This document shows, piece by piece, positions 11,156 through 22,700 of a stretch of DNA of 64,000 nt. This DNA is from Orbicella franksi (taxonomy: Eukaryota), in the NCBI GenBank assembly GCA_964199315.1, contig OZ116707.1, positions 2,418,001-2,482,000 on the forward strand, read 5' to 3'. Position 1 is the first letter of the stretch; every line of letters begins with the position of its first letter. The position numbers and the translations under genes were made by a program. The notes under the pieces are model-generated. The model searched no databases. It worked only from the letters and a program-made list of their open reading frames with translations, and was not told where the DNA came from.

Positions 11156-12660
11156 CTCGTTGTTGTGGTCTTCAAGCTTCAAGTTTACATCGCATTTTTG
11201 TTTTTTGAAAGTTTTTCTTGCCAGTTGTGTTGAGATGAAGCAATTCTGATTTCACGGACTTCAGACTATCGGTAACATAAGATCTCTGGCTTCCGCTATC
11301 GAATAATATTTTCACCCTTGTGGACTTAGACCCATCTTCGTTAGTTGCCATTGCTGTTGCGGTTTGCAGTAAAACAGTTCCCTTTACTTCAGAGCTAGCA
11401 GTCGTTGCAGTGCTCGGGTGTAATGGACTCTCTGGTGCTTGGCTTGTAAGGGTCGTGTTTGCATGTCACATGCAAGCAAATTCTCATTTGGGGCAGATGA
11501 CGAATCCTTCGATGACAGAATTTGGTGGCAGATGGACTGAAAATGGTTCCCTTGGCAATGTTGGCAGCTCTTGTTACACGAATTACCACGATGACCGGAT
11601 CTTAAGCAAACAAAACATCTGCGATCCCTCTGAAGAATTTCGAAATGAGCTTGCGGGTCAGTCACACATTCACAAGAAGCCGAATAATGATCACCACGAC
11701 AATAAACGCATCTGATTCAATTTCCTGACATTGATGGAGGTTGCGTGCCTCCTTCAGCGACTAGAGCTACAGACGACGGGGCTAATTTCAACTGTGATTG
11801 TTTTGGTTTCTCCATAGTGTTCACATTTGTTTTGACACCTGCGCTAATCTCTTGAGCCTCAACTTCCTGTTGGATGACATCCAATAACTCTGAAATTTCC
11901 CATACCTCTTGAGCGGTGTTTTCACAACTTGAATTTGCACTTCTTGTGGTAATTTGGACATGATTACTGGAATCAATAAGCTTCCATACTTAGTAGAATT
12001 CACTCCCCGTGACGCTTACTCTCGTATGTTAATGCTAATCTTGTTGTATACGAACCGGAGTTGTGAAGCCTTATCTCCTGAACACACAGGAATTTTAAGC
12101 AGCTCATCCATGCATGTTGAGATAATGTTCTGGGTCTTGCCAAAACAATTTTGCAACAATTCAGTTGCCAAGTTGTAGTTCGCATCTGTTCGAGTCAACC
12201 GTTGTATAGCATGTGCAGCTTGACCCTTCAACAATGAATGCAAGTGGTTGAATTTATCTATTTGGCTCAATTGTGGGTTAGTGTGGATTGTGCTGCTAAA
12301 GCTATCCCAAAAGCTCTGCCATTGCATAATATCTCCTGAATTTCGGTAGAACAAGCTTAGGTAACTTAGCCTTAGGCTGAAAGGCTGTGGCATTTGTGTT
12401 TAAGTTAGTAGGCAATTGAAAAGCTGTACCTGGACTCCCCGGTTCTTGCGTATTTCCAGCTTGATTGTACGACAGACCATGTGGCAATTGCATTCCAGGT
12501 GGCATTAAGGTTCCAGGCACTTGAAGATTTTGGTCATTTCCAGAATCCAAGGTTGAAGGTACATTTTCGGCTTGAACTACAGGAATCGGGCCAATTGATT
12601 GCAGTGAACCAGAGGTCGCATTTTCTTCGCGTTTCTTTCCAGTCAATGCCGAAATTCCTT
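11156..12660 (-). mobile_element. BEL/Pao LTR retrotransposon gag-protease fragment (truncated, no pol)
   Basis: KLPKLVLPKFR/GDIMQWQSFWDSF...IDKFNHL (DUF1759-like), YGSLLIPVIMSKLP, CFVCLRSGH..C...CQHCQGNHFQSIC (triple knuckle) and VKILFDSGSQRSY (aspartic protease). Many frameshifts. Confidence 0.9.
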
Positions 12661-12682
12661 GGTCGTTCTGTTTCAGGCTTGT

Positions 12683-12970
12683 AGATCCAAGATTATTTTA
12701 TTCTAAGAACTTAGATCCTCACTTTTCACTTATATTTCTTGGGCTTTGATCCAAGATAATTTTATCTGAGGACTTTGATCCTCACTTGTTAATTCTTGGG
12801 CTTTGATCCAAGATAATTTTATTTGAGGACTTCGATCCTCACTTGTTAATTCTTGGGCTTCAATCCAACATTATGAGTGAGGATCGAACCCCTTGCCATA
12901 ACATAAACTAGGAAAGAATCCTTCAATGGAACATAAACCCTCGAACAATAAACTTCGATTGAAGCCCAAG
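12683..12970. repeat. 57-bp tandem repeat (about 3.5 units) plus inverted copies, upstream of BEL gag
   Basis: The unit cttgggctttgatccaagataattttatctgaggactttgatcctcacttgttaatt starts at 12738, 12795 and 12852. A 14-bp inverted repeat pairs 12852-12865 with 12957-12970. Confidence 0.9.
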
Positions 12971-13124
12971 CACTTAAAAACAAAAGGGGTTCGAAACAAT
13001 AAAGGGAGTCGAGCATGGCACATGATATCATGGCCGCAGAAGCATGACCTATATAAAATAACTTAAAACAATGGAATAAACACGCACTTAAATAAAATAG
13101 GAAAGGTAATAGCTTATTAAAAGG

Positions 13125-13680
13125 TCAAAGTAAATTCAAAGCCTTCAAAATGGTGCCACGATAACTATGATACAAACAATACTGTCCTACATGATTAGCG
13201 TAAACCCCATCAGCTAACAATAATTTTCCAGCCTTATGATAGAAACGCCCCTTGTGAAACCAACAAAAAAGGTAAGGAAGGAGCTCCAAAAGGGAACAAA
13301 CTAACTCATTGCAGGTGGCAACCTTGTCGTTGAAGACACGTGGCAAACAACACGGGATGACATGGCAGACACACATCACCTTTACCAAAAAGAGATTGTG
13401 TAGAAAACAAGCCAAAACTTGGATGGAAGCTGCTACAAGCGAGGGCTCCTCAGTAGAAAGGTCATTGGTACCAATTTCTAGGATAACTATATGCGGGGGT
13501 GAGCAAGAAACAACATGAAGATTGTAAGACCAAAGCTTAAGGACAGTGCGGGTGCCATGACCAAACAAGCTAACATGTGCACAGCTTTCCAGATCAAAAT
13601 CGCTGCAAGGCTGTAGCTTTAAACCCCACTCTAAATCAGCATGAAGCCTTTAGAACGTGACCCCAAACCAGAACCTGGGG
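13125..13680 (-). pseudogene. SGNH/GDSL-like esterase ORF remnant of the type carried by retroelements
   Basis: Upstream GSGLGS(RS)-like block I region, VILEIGTNDL (block III, GxND) and LLADGVYAN (block V DGxH, with His changed to Tyr). Confidence 0.7.
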
Positions 13681-14654
13681 CAAATTGGAAGACATTATAG
13701 CAAAGAAAAGACAAGAAAAATTATTACCTTGCTCAAAGCAAATTTTCCATGTTCTTTCACAATGAAGAATGACACATAACTCTACATCCCGACATGATCA
13801 GCAATGTGCTCTACTAGGGGTACAAAAAATTGCCCCTGACCACTCACCCTGTCCTGAATTGATTATTACCCATACATGAGTAAAAGTTATTAATTAATTT
13901 ATTAACAATCCTTTTCAGGTAAGGACATAAAAATTTTATTTGTAAACAAATATTTCATTTAAACACTTGTAAATTATTTTTCATTATTTTCTTTCTTTTT
14001 TTCTTGTAGAATTGCCATCTGCACTGCTAAACTTATGGAATTGATGGTCATTAAAGTTTGTTTGACTGATTCTCACTCAGTTTGTTATTGTTTAGTTTAC
14101 AAGATCATTCCTTTCTTTTGTAAATTTTTCTGATTTAGTTCCCTGTACCTGTTTTACATACAAAGACAAATTCAACCTCTGGGAGCACAAAATGGCTGAG
14201 CAAAATGTAAAAAGCCAATTTGATATTAAACTCCACTGGGACTATTATGCTGCCGTTGCCTTGTACGCTTTATTATATTTTCCTGCAAAGAAGCGCCCGT
14301 ATCCAAAATTTATGAAAAGCAGGAGATCCATTATTTAGACATGTTTCAAGCTGCGAATATCGATCATAAGATATATTTCATATTACTCCAGGACAAGCTC
14401 AGAGAGTTGCTGATGTTTATTTATCGTTAAAAGGGGCTTCATTGGGATTAGATCCCTCATAGCATTCATAGTTTAACATCCCCCATAACTGGAAAATGAG
14501 TCACTGTAATGCAATTAATCATTATCATTGGGATTATCAAATCAGGCCTGACTGCCTTTAGGGTTATTCCTGGAAAATTTAAAAGAGTAAAATATTTTAA
14601 CACTGGCACCAACATAAAAGTTAATATAAATGAAATCTAAACTCAGTGTATCTT

Positions 14655-14882
14655 TCAGAACAGCTCATCAATCAAATACGTGAGACACTCAGGTCTTGGC
14701 TCGCAGTAGTACAGAGTATGTACGATTAGGGATGGCAATGACTTGAACGTCTTATTGCACGCCCCATAGTATGCAGTTTTTCTTGGACTGTGATGCCCAT
14801 AAGACACATGATGATGCAAATGCTTATAGTTCAAGAAAGAGCTCGGGCAAAGGAGGCACTTATAGCAACGTAGTCCTTCCAT
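14655..14882 (-). pseudogene. Two C2H2-type zinc finger remnants
   Basis: YKCLLCPSSFLNYKHLHHHVSYGH and YYGACNKTFKSLPSLIVH. Confidence 0.55.
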
Positions 14883-15099
14883 TTCTATCTAAGTTCAATT
14901 AACAAAATGTCCTTTACATGCTTCATTACCATAAAAACGTGTCTGAAGGTATCAGGACAGCATCTAGGTCTTTAAACAAACTGAAAATTATGAGGTGTTT
15001 TTAAATGCCTTAATGATGAGGTCACTTTCATTAATGAATTAATTTGGTTTAATTTTATGTCCTTTGTTACTTCATGAAGGGGCCTTCACACACCCCTTC

Positions 15100-15776
15100 T
15101 ATTGTTCTTGGATGCTATATAGCCTTCTGTTTCCCTCAAAGCCGAGGTTTGCATGGCGTGGGCTTCTAATTTCCCATGCCTTTTAATCAAACACCTGGTA
15201 ATTAGGCATTAGTGATGGTACCCACATTGCAACTGTGTCTACAACCACACCTCTTTTCACAACACCTTTAATGGGACAGGTACACTATGAAAAAAGCAGA
15301 TTTATTTAACTTCTGAATCATGGAGTTGGCATTAAGCAAGACAGTACATTAAGTGTTTACATGATGCAATCTATGTTTCCTCCAAAAGGTTGAATTGTCT
15401 CAGAAACACTGTTAAGAGTTATGATTCAATTCAACAAAGAAATTATTAATTTGCAACTGTAGTAGAAATTAGACATGATGTCTTTAATTATATTTTTAGA
15501 GGACGAGGAAGACCCAGCACAAAATCTGGTTGTACTTTGTTAGAGAAGACTGACTTTAACCGCTGTTCTTTTTTAAAAGAATGTCCCGACTGGGACTCTT
15601 ACATAGACAACCTTGGAGATGGCACACAAGTCATATTTCCAATTAGAGCAAAACCTTTTGTGAGCTTGGGACCACAGACACATAAACTTGTGGAGGGGAA
15701 GCTTGTACCTAAGCCCAGATACCATCTCGAAAAAGTAAGTTTAAGTTTTAACAAGCGCTCAATTGCAGTATTGTGA
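15100..15776 (+). pseudogene. 3' exons of an unknown accessory gene, tail-to-tail with the RAG1-like transposase
   Basis: An exon ends at CAG|GT 15279, the intron spans 15280-15499, and the next exon joins in frame: WD-RGRGRPSTKSGCTLLEK...CPDWDSYIDNLGDGTQVIFPIRAKPFVSLGP...PKPRYHLEKVSLSF*. The upstream exon has stops. Confidence 0.55.
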
Positions 15777-15985
15777 TTGAAACTGAGAATGTGAATGCAT
15801 GCTTTTAGATGGGTTTAGGTACAAGCTAATACCCTGCTTATTAAGCGCATTAATAACCCTGCTTCTAAGAAATTATGTTGTTATGTCAAGTCAGAAAGTT
15901 ACATAAAGGCTTTGAAATTGTTGTTTATATTTGTTTATATTTTGAAGATTCCTCTGTTTATGTGCATGCTTTGTAGCTGCTCAGG

Positions 15986-18900
15986 CTAGACTCTTTTTTT
16001 TTTCTGTTTTGTTTGTTTACCCTTTCCTTTCCCTTTTCTGTTTCCTTTTCCCCCATCGTCTATATGCCTTTTTCTTTTATTTCCCGGCCTTTCATGATCT
16101 GTGCCATTTCTTGCTTGGGGTTGTTCATTCTGAACTTGTGATGTAGATGTGTCTGGTGAGTTGTTGCTTTCCATGTTGGGTATGTTTGCTTCAGGTTGTC
16201 TCTTTTTACCCACACGCTTGACACTGATTTCTTGCTCCCAGTATTGAGAATTGTGTTTTGTGTACTTTCTGCTTGCTCTTTCTCTTTCTCTTAGAAGCCA
16301 TTGTCTGTTTTCAAGTCTAAGAATATCTCCAACTGAGTCAAAGTGGTTTGATTTTCGAAGCACTACATTCCTTGCTGAGTCATTGTTTTTCTCAACTCCT
16401 TGACCAGTGAATACTTTTAGAGATTTATGTGTATGGAGGAAATAAGGGACATGAGCAAAAAGTACATGCATATATGGAGTAATTCTCTTTCTTTCATAGC
16501 CAATTCTCTTTCCTCTGAGAGAAATAAAGGTCTCCAACCAGTTTTGTGCCTTGTGCCAAAAAGTGTCAACAGATTTGTCTGAGGACCAGGAATTTATGTC
16601 TTCATACAAACTTCTGAAATCACTCCACACCTTGGATATTTCAGTGCAGGTATTTGGCTGCAGCACTTTACAGAGATTTTCTGGTAGCAAGGAGAGAATT
16701 TTCTTCTTGTCGTTTCCAAACAGACTTGTAAATTCATACTTTCCAGTGCCTTTATTGTCAGCTGGATTTCGGAGTTCCCAAACATCAAAACCCACACCAT
16801 AGGATCTGATCTCACTCACGAGCTTTTTCAAATGGATGCCTTGAGGCTCTTTGGATGATTTTTCGAAATCTTCAATCTTATCCCAGTCAATGACTTCAGT
16901 GATAATGTTGTCTAGCATCACATCCATTACACGTACTAGCAGGTGTAACTCATCTACAATGACATGGTCAAGGTCTATGTTCAAAAGTGGTTCCTTCACA
17001 CAGCAGTAATCACCTTTTCCTTTCTTCACCAGCTCCTTAATTTCCAATAGTGTTCTCATCATTGGTGGTGAATTAAAGTGATGGAAATGCTTGTCTGTTT
17101 CCCACCTTTTGTCTTTATGGATTTTACACCATAGGCAGGCATATAAAGATGTAGCCCCCTTAAGTCCCATGACTGTCAGTAGAAATTTATAGTCCCCTCC
17201 TAGAAAAAACTCAAGCTTAACTTCTTGACCATCAACACTAATAGTGCCTTTGTCAATCAGAGAATTTATTTCTGAAAATGTAGTCTTGAAAGATACCTGT
17301 AGTGTTTCATACTTTTCACTACCATTGACTACTGCAATGGTATGATTTCCTTTGGCAGACATAACTTCGTCTTGTTTCTGGAGTAGTGCACAAGAGAGAA
17401 GAATGTAATTAGATTTCTGTGTCATTTTAGCTCCATCCCCACTGATTTTTATTTTTAGTGTTTCATTGCCAAAATCAAACTCTGGATTTTCCTTTTTAAA
17501 AGCTGAAATTTGCTGCAAGAGAAGTGATTCAAATGATACTTGTGCACCTTCATTTGTTCCAGGAGTAGGTGTCACATGACAAAGTTTGTCCAGATCATTT
17601 CTGCATTGTTTAATCAGATAAGATCTTGGAAGACCATTTTCAATCATGCTAAATTCGTGGTAAAATTCATCACTGACACAGAATTTATCAAGAAGATAAA
17701 GAATTTGTTCAACTTTTTCCATGTCGGAATCGTTTATGTTAGTAACAGGATGTGAACATTCGCCTGATTTTTGTGCTTTGGTTTCAACATTTACTTCGTA
17801 TGTTTTCCCTGTGTCTGCCTCTTTAACTCTAAGTGATTCAACATGAAGGCCAAATGCTTGTGAAAACCACAAAGCTGTTTCAGCTCTAGTCAGGAAAGCC
17901 TTCAATGTGCGCTGTCTGTTCTTAGTCTCAGAAATTTTTTTTCCATTGTAGGAAAACCCTTCATCTTTCTCAAGGCATTTGATATACTCTTGAAGTTGAT
18001 TGTTGGTATTTTGAAGTTGACATAGTTCCTTACCCATTCTGTTGATAGTGTCCTTCATTTCATCAAAAAGGTTTTTTTTTCTGCCTCCAGGTTTGCATGT
18101 GCTGCTTTCCATTCTTGTAGATTATTTTGTAGAGAAACTACCTCATCTTCAACCTCTTGAAAAGAAGCTAATTGGTCTTCATGTAAATGAAATTTCAATG
18201 TTTTCTCATCCAATTGCTCCCAGTTTCTCTTACCTTTATTTGTGCGATACAGTGATAGAACATTTGCTGCTCTTTTTGCAAACTGCTCATGGACATTTTG
18301 GCGTTTACCCATGTCATCTTTGATTACAAATGCATGTGCTGGTGTACACATATCAATTAAATCTGGAAACATTAGCTTTCTTCCATCATTGACATAGTAA
18401 AACTTGGCCTTCCCATTGCTTTTGGTATATAGAATTCCCTGGAGGCCTCTATAGTTCCAGAGGAAGTTGATATTCTCAGAGTTGTTTGTAGTTTCTAAAA
18501 GAAAATTTAAAAAAATAATCAATAAAAACAAACATACTCTCAGGCATAAATCAATCAATCAATGGACAGTATAGAAGAGAATCCTGGCTTTATACACTGT
18601 AAATAATCATATTTACTGAATATATATTTAAAAGAAAATTAAAGGTGAGTGAGATTTGAACCCACAAAAAAAGTATCCACTGAAAAAAGGAGATCCTGTT
18701 GATAATAAAGTGTATGGTAGATCACAAAATAATGAGGACAAAAATGATGTATTTTGCTCTCACATCACCTTTTTTTAGCTGGATAGACTGGCCTTCATCA
18801 GGGTCATGTTAAGGTCTCGTGAAGTACATTTTATGCAGCTGAAATGTTGGTGATGATTATATATATATATTTTTATGTTATGTTACTTTGTATCTTTCAT

Positions 18901-19240
18901 CTTATGGATATTCCCTTCCCCTTTCACTCTCTACCACCCCTACCTTCTTATCAAGGAATCACCAGAGAAGGTTAAGAAAATATACCAAAAAGTTTACAAG
19001 GTTGTAAATATCAGGACAAAATTACTCACCTTCTTGATGAGAGGAATTAGCATCTTGACCCGCTGCTTGAAACTTTTCTTGCTCCCTCACAAGATAATAC
19101 CACTCTTTAATGGTTGAATATGCCAAAGAAATTGTTAAGGCTACCTTTCTTGTTGCTATGTTTCTTGCATATTGCAAAGATTTATCTACAATATCGATTT
19201 TCCAAGGTTGAAATGATTTATTTGGTGGTAGTTCAGACAT
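15986..19240 (-). CDS. RAG1/Transib-like DDE transposase, two exons (19240-19030, 18494-15986), about 906 aa if the A9 run at 18072-18080 were A10
   Basis: KISGDGA (D1), GGDYKFL...GATSLYACLWC (D2 plus CxxC), VDELHLL, TPYMHVLFAHVP (HxxxxH) and GQGVEKNND (E). The GT-AG splice joins the exons in frame (G|AA = Glu). The only lesion seen is the 1-nt homopolymer frameshift. Confidence 0.85.
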
Positions 19241-19749
19241 GGCATTTATAAATATTTTATTTTCCCAAGATTTTCCCGCAATCTTCCCGCTTTTTTCCAA
19301 ATCCTGCCGGTTCTCATGTTCAGCGGCTTTCCTATTGCAAGAGGGAACACCACTGACCAAGGAAACGAGGAAAAACAAAATGGCTGTCGAAGAGAACAAA
19401 AACAGACAGGAGCAACGGCCATTCTTGCCTCAGTGTAATGGCTCTCACTTCGTTGATGACATTTACAGAAAATAGCACTTTTTATCTTGAAATGGCACTG
19501 CCTTAGCTGCTGTTTATATGGGAGAAGATATCTTAATTGGCGAGCTTTTCATCTTATCTTTCGAATGCAATGCTGGGGAAATGTGTCGGTACGACGATCT
19601 TTGCATCAAGAGCTTAAGAAAATATGAAGGTAACCACCATTTACAGAGACTTATGGGAGAAAGGTACGCTTATTTCTGAGGTTACGTACCAGTAAAAGGC
19701 ACCGACTAAAACAATTTTATCATCGCATGTTGTTCGAATAAACTAATTT

Positions 19750-22700
19750 TCGACAGCGGGAATTAGCTGGCAAGTAGAGAAGTTTACTCAGCTCTGTCAG
19801 GGAATCCAGTAAAGTCTGAATCTTGGGTCTCACTTCTCCTACAAAATAGATGCAGGTTCACATCAGTGCATTTTAAATAGCTTAACAGCATTGCAAGACT
19901 GAAATACTTTATTATATGATTTTTAGTACAGTATCATTATCACACTCTAACTTACTATTACTGTACGTGTAGACACCATTAAATTCAGTCAACAGTTGTT
20001 TCATACTTAATAAGGAACATTGTGTAAAACATGCAGTCATATGTTAATTTATATTAAGAAAGTAAAATTAATTATTTCATGTGTGTGCACACAGTTCTTA
20101 CCTCTTAAATACTGAGCAACTATAACAGCTGCAAGTCTGTAATCACAACCTCTGAGTTTCTCCTTTCTACCTAACGTACATTCTAGGATCTCGTCAAATC
20201 CATTTTCTTCTTTTTCAAGGTTAGAAGGCAACTTGGTCAGGACATTGGCTATATGTTCTTTAATGTCATGGAGGGGCTCTGTTGTTAGGACTTCATAATT
20301 TCCTGTTTAAAATATATGGATAAGATTATGCGTGGCTGCCCTATCTGGTTTTTGCTTACTACAACTGCTAGTTTCAGTTTTTACCACCTTCTTCGAAATG
20401 CAGACTTTTCTGTCTGTCACTTCTTCACATAGGTTTGTTCTCAGTTTTGACCAGAACCTTGGGTATTTTATTGCGTGAGGCATGTATGTCTGTATGCACA
20501 TGTACACACATAAAATTGAATAGTAATCTGGTACATAATAATAGGTAATATTCCCACCCAAACCAAGGTGTGCCATTTTCTTTGCTTGGTCAAAGAACAT
20601 CATGGCAGGCACTTGTTGTATCCCACCAAGCTCCTCCTTCAGAATTTGTTGCAGATCTTTCTTCTGACCGTCACATGGTAGCCCATGAGCAGCACACTCC
20701 CTCCTCAGCTCTTCTACACGAAGGTCTTTAAAGGGTTTTATGCCACCATTTCTCTTTTGTCGGCCAACATGTCCTTGCAGAACTTTCTTTAGGCATTCTG
20801 GGAGGCTCAAGTGTGGTCTGCTGAGAGAAACTGCAAGATTTTTGTACAGTCTGGCATCACCACTGCAACTGGCACATCCAGCATTTCCACCTTTCTGTTC
20901 TCCAGCCTCAAATTCTTGTTGTGGGCCATCACCATGGAAAAGCCTCATCACATCAGTGATCTGTATGCCATTCAAGGTGGTTACTGTTACATCTGGGGTT
21001 TGCAGACAAGCCTTTCTGGTGTTGATACATGCAAGCTGCTCGACCTCAGATGACCCACACCTCCCAATGTGCACACATGAAGTCTTTCAACTAGAGATTG
21101 CACATCAATGTTCTCCTGACCCCTGTCCTTCATTTCGTTGTTTGTGTAGTACAGTGCCTCATCGTATACTGCATTGACCGTCAATAAAAGGTGGCCATGA
21201 TTTACAAGAGTGGAGTTGTCACGCCAGACCGTAAGGGGCCTTTTGAGTTCTATTTTGTTCAGCTTTTCTTTCCTCTTTGAAATGCTTTCTTCTCCTTTGT
21301 CCTTGCCCAACTGCTTGAGCCTGGAACTAATTTCACCTTCTGTCATCAAGTCAGCTACTGTCACTTCGAATTCGCATCAAACCCATTGACTCATGTTGTT
21401 TCAGCATACTCTTTCTGATATCAAGAAGAGGAATCTTCCAGCCAGATACTGTAAATGTTTCTGTCTTAATTGTCCCCTCTTTTGTCAATGTCACTTTCTT
21501 GAATGTTTGGGGTACAATCATTTCACCAAGAATGTACTCGCCACTATCAATTTTGCTCTACAAAAATTAAATGTAGCACATATCAATCAATAGATGTAGC
21601 ATAGTTTCCAGCATACTGGTTGAAATTCATGCCATGGTTAATACTAATAATCATATGGCTATCTACACACAAGGAAGAACCAATGTATATATTAATTATT
21701 ATAAGTTTTATTTCATTACATTTTATTTCATTTGTACATACACTGTATGTTTGGTTGACCTGTACATTTTGAGAGCAGTGTCAAGTTTAAATGGCAACAT
21801 CCCAACGCCATTTTGAACACCAAGACCTCTCCCTTCTACAACTATATCAGCTGTTTGAATAGTTCCTTTTGTTTGAGTTTATTGCCCAACTTACCATTAA
21901 GGTTTCCCTGATCTCTTTGTTCATCTGTTGGTTTGGGACTGTAATCTCTCCACCCTGCAATCGTCTTAATCCTCGTCCGGCAGCTGGCTTTCCGTTTCTG
22001 AAGTTATCGAATCTGGATAACTGCACTCCTTTATCTTTAAGAAACTCTTTGACAACCATATTTCCAGTTTTGTTTTTTCAATGAGGCCATATTTACGAGC
22101 AAGGCTAGAGAAATTGATCTATAAAAGGAAATTTTAATCCACATTAGGGCTGCAAATGACTATTTTTTCCAGAACTTTTGCTTTTAGAAAACAATAACAT
22201 GGAAGCAGTAAGTTCATGTTTTCTAAGAATGGTACACATTCAGAAGCTAATCTATGTGTTAATTTCATTATTGTATGAATTCATTTATTTATTTGTGGAG
22301 AATTTATGTTGAGGGGTTAGGGAATCGTTATTTAAGAAGAATAGAATCATGTGTACTAAAGGCATCTGCGTTTGATTGTTGATCATTACCCTCAATCGAC
22401 ATTTCAATCAATACCTGATCAACATCCAGATCGATACTTGGTCGACAGTCAATCGACACTTGATCAACAGTTGGTCGACAGACAGTTGAGTGTTAATTGA
22501 CAGACTCACTTGCATCGGTCAAAAATTAGTCGATGGTCAACCGACTGTTGACTGAGATGTTGATGGAGTGATGATTGTGTGTCAACCAAGGTGTCGATAG
22601 AGTGTTGATAGAGTGTCAATGGATTGTTGATCCAGGGTCGTTGGAGGTTACAGATAGACACTCGACCATGGATGCCTTAAGTACACATGATCTGAGGAAT

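Noticed and set aside
12683-12900. CRISPR-like array
   Set aside because: The units are whole tandem copies without unique spacers, the context is eukaryotic, and there are no cas genes. The same applies to the arrays at 1549-1820 and in the TIRs.
15283-15289. CACTATG as a ProtoRAG/RSS-like TIR heptamer of the RAG1-like element
   Set aside because: It sits at the start of an intron (CAG|GTACACTATG) of the partner gene, and no inverted counterpart or TSD was found near 19.5-20 kb.
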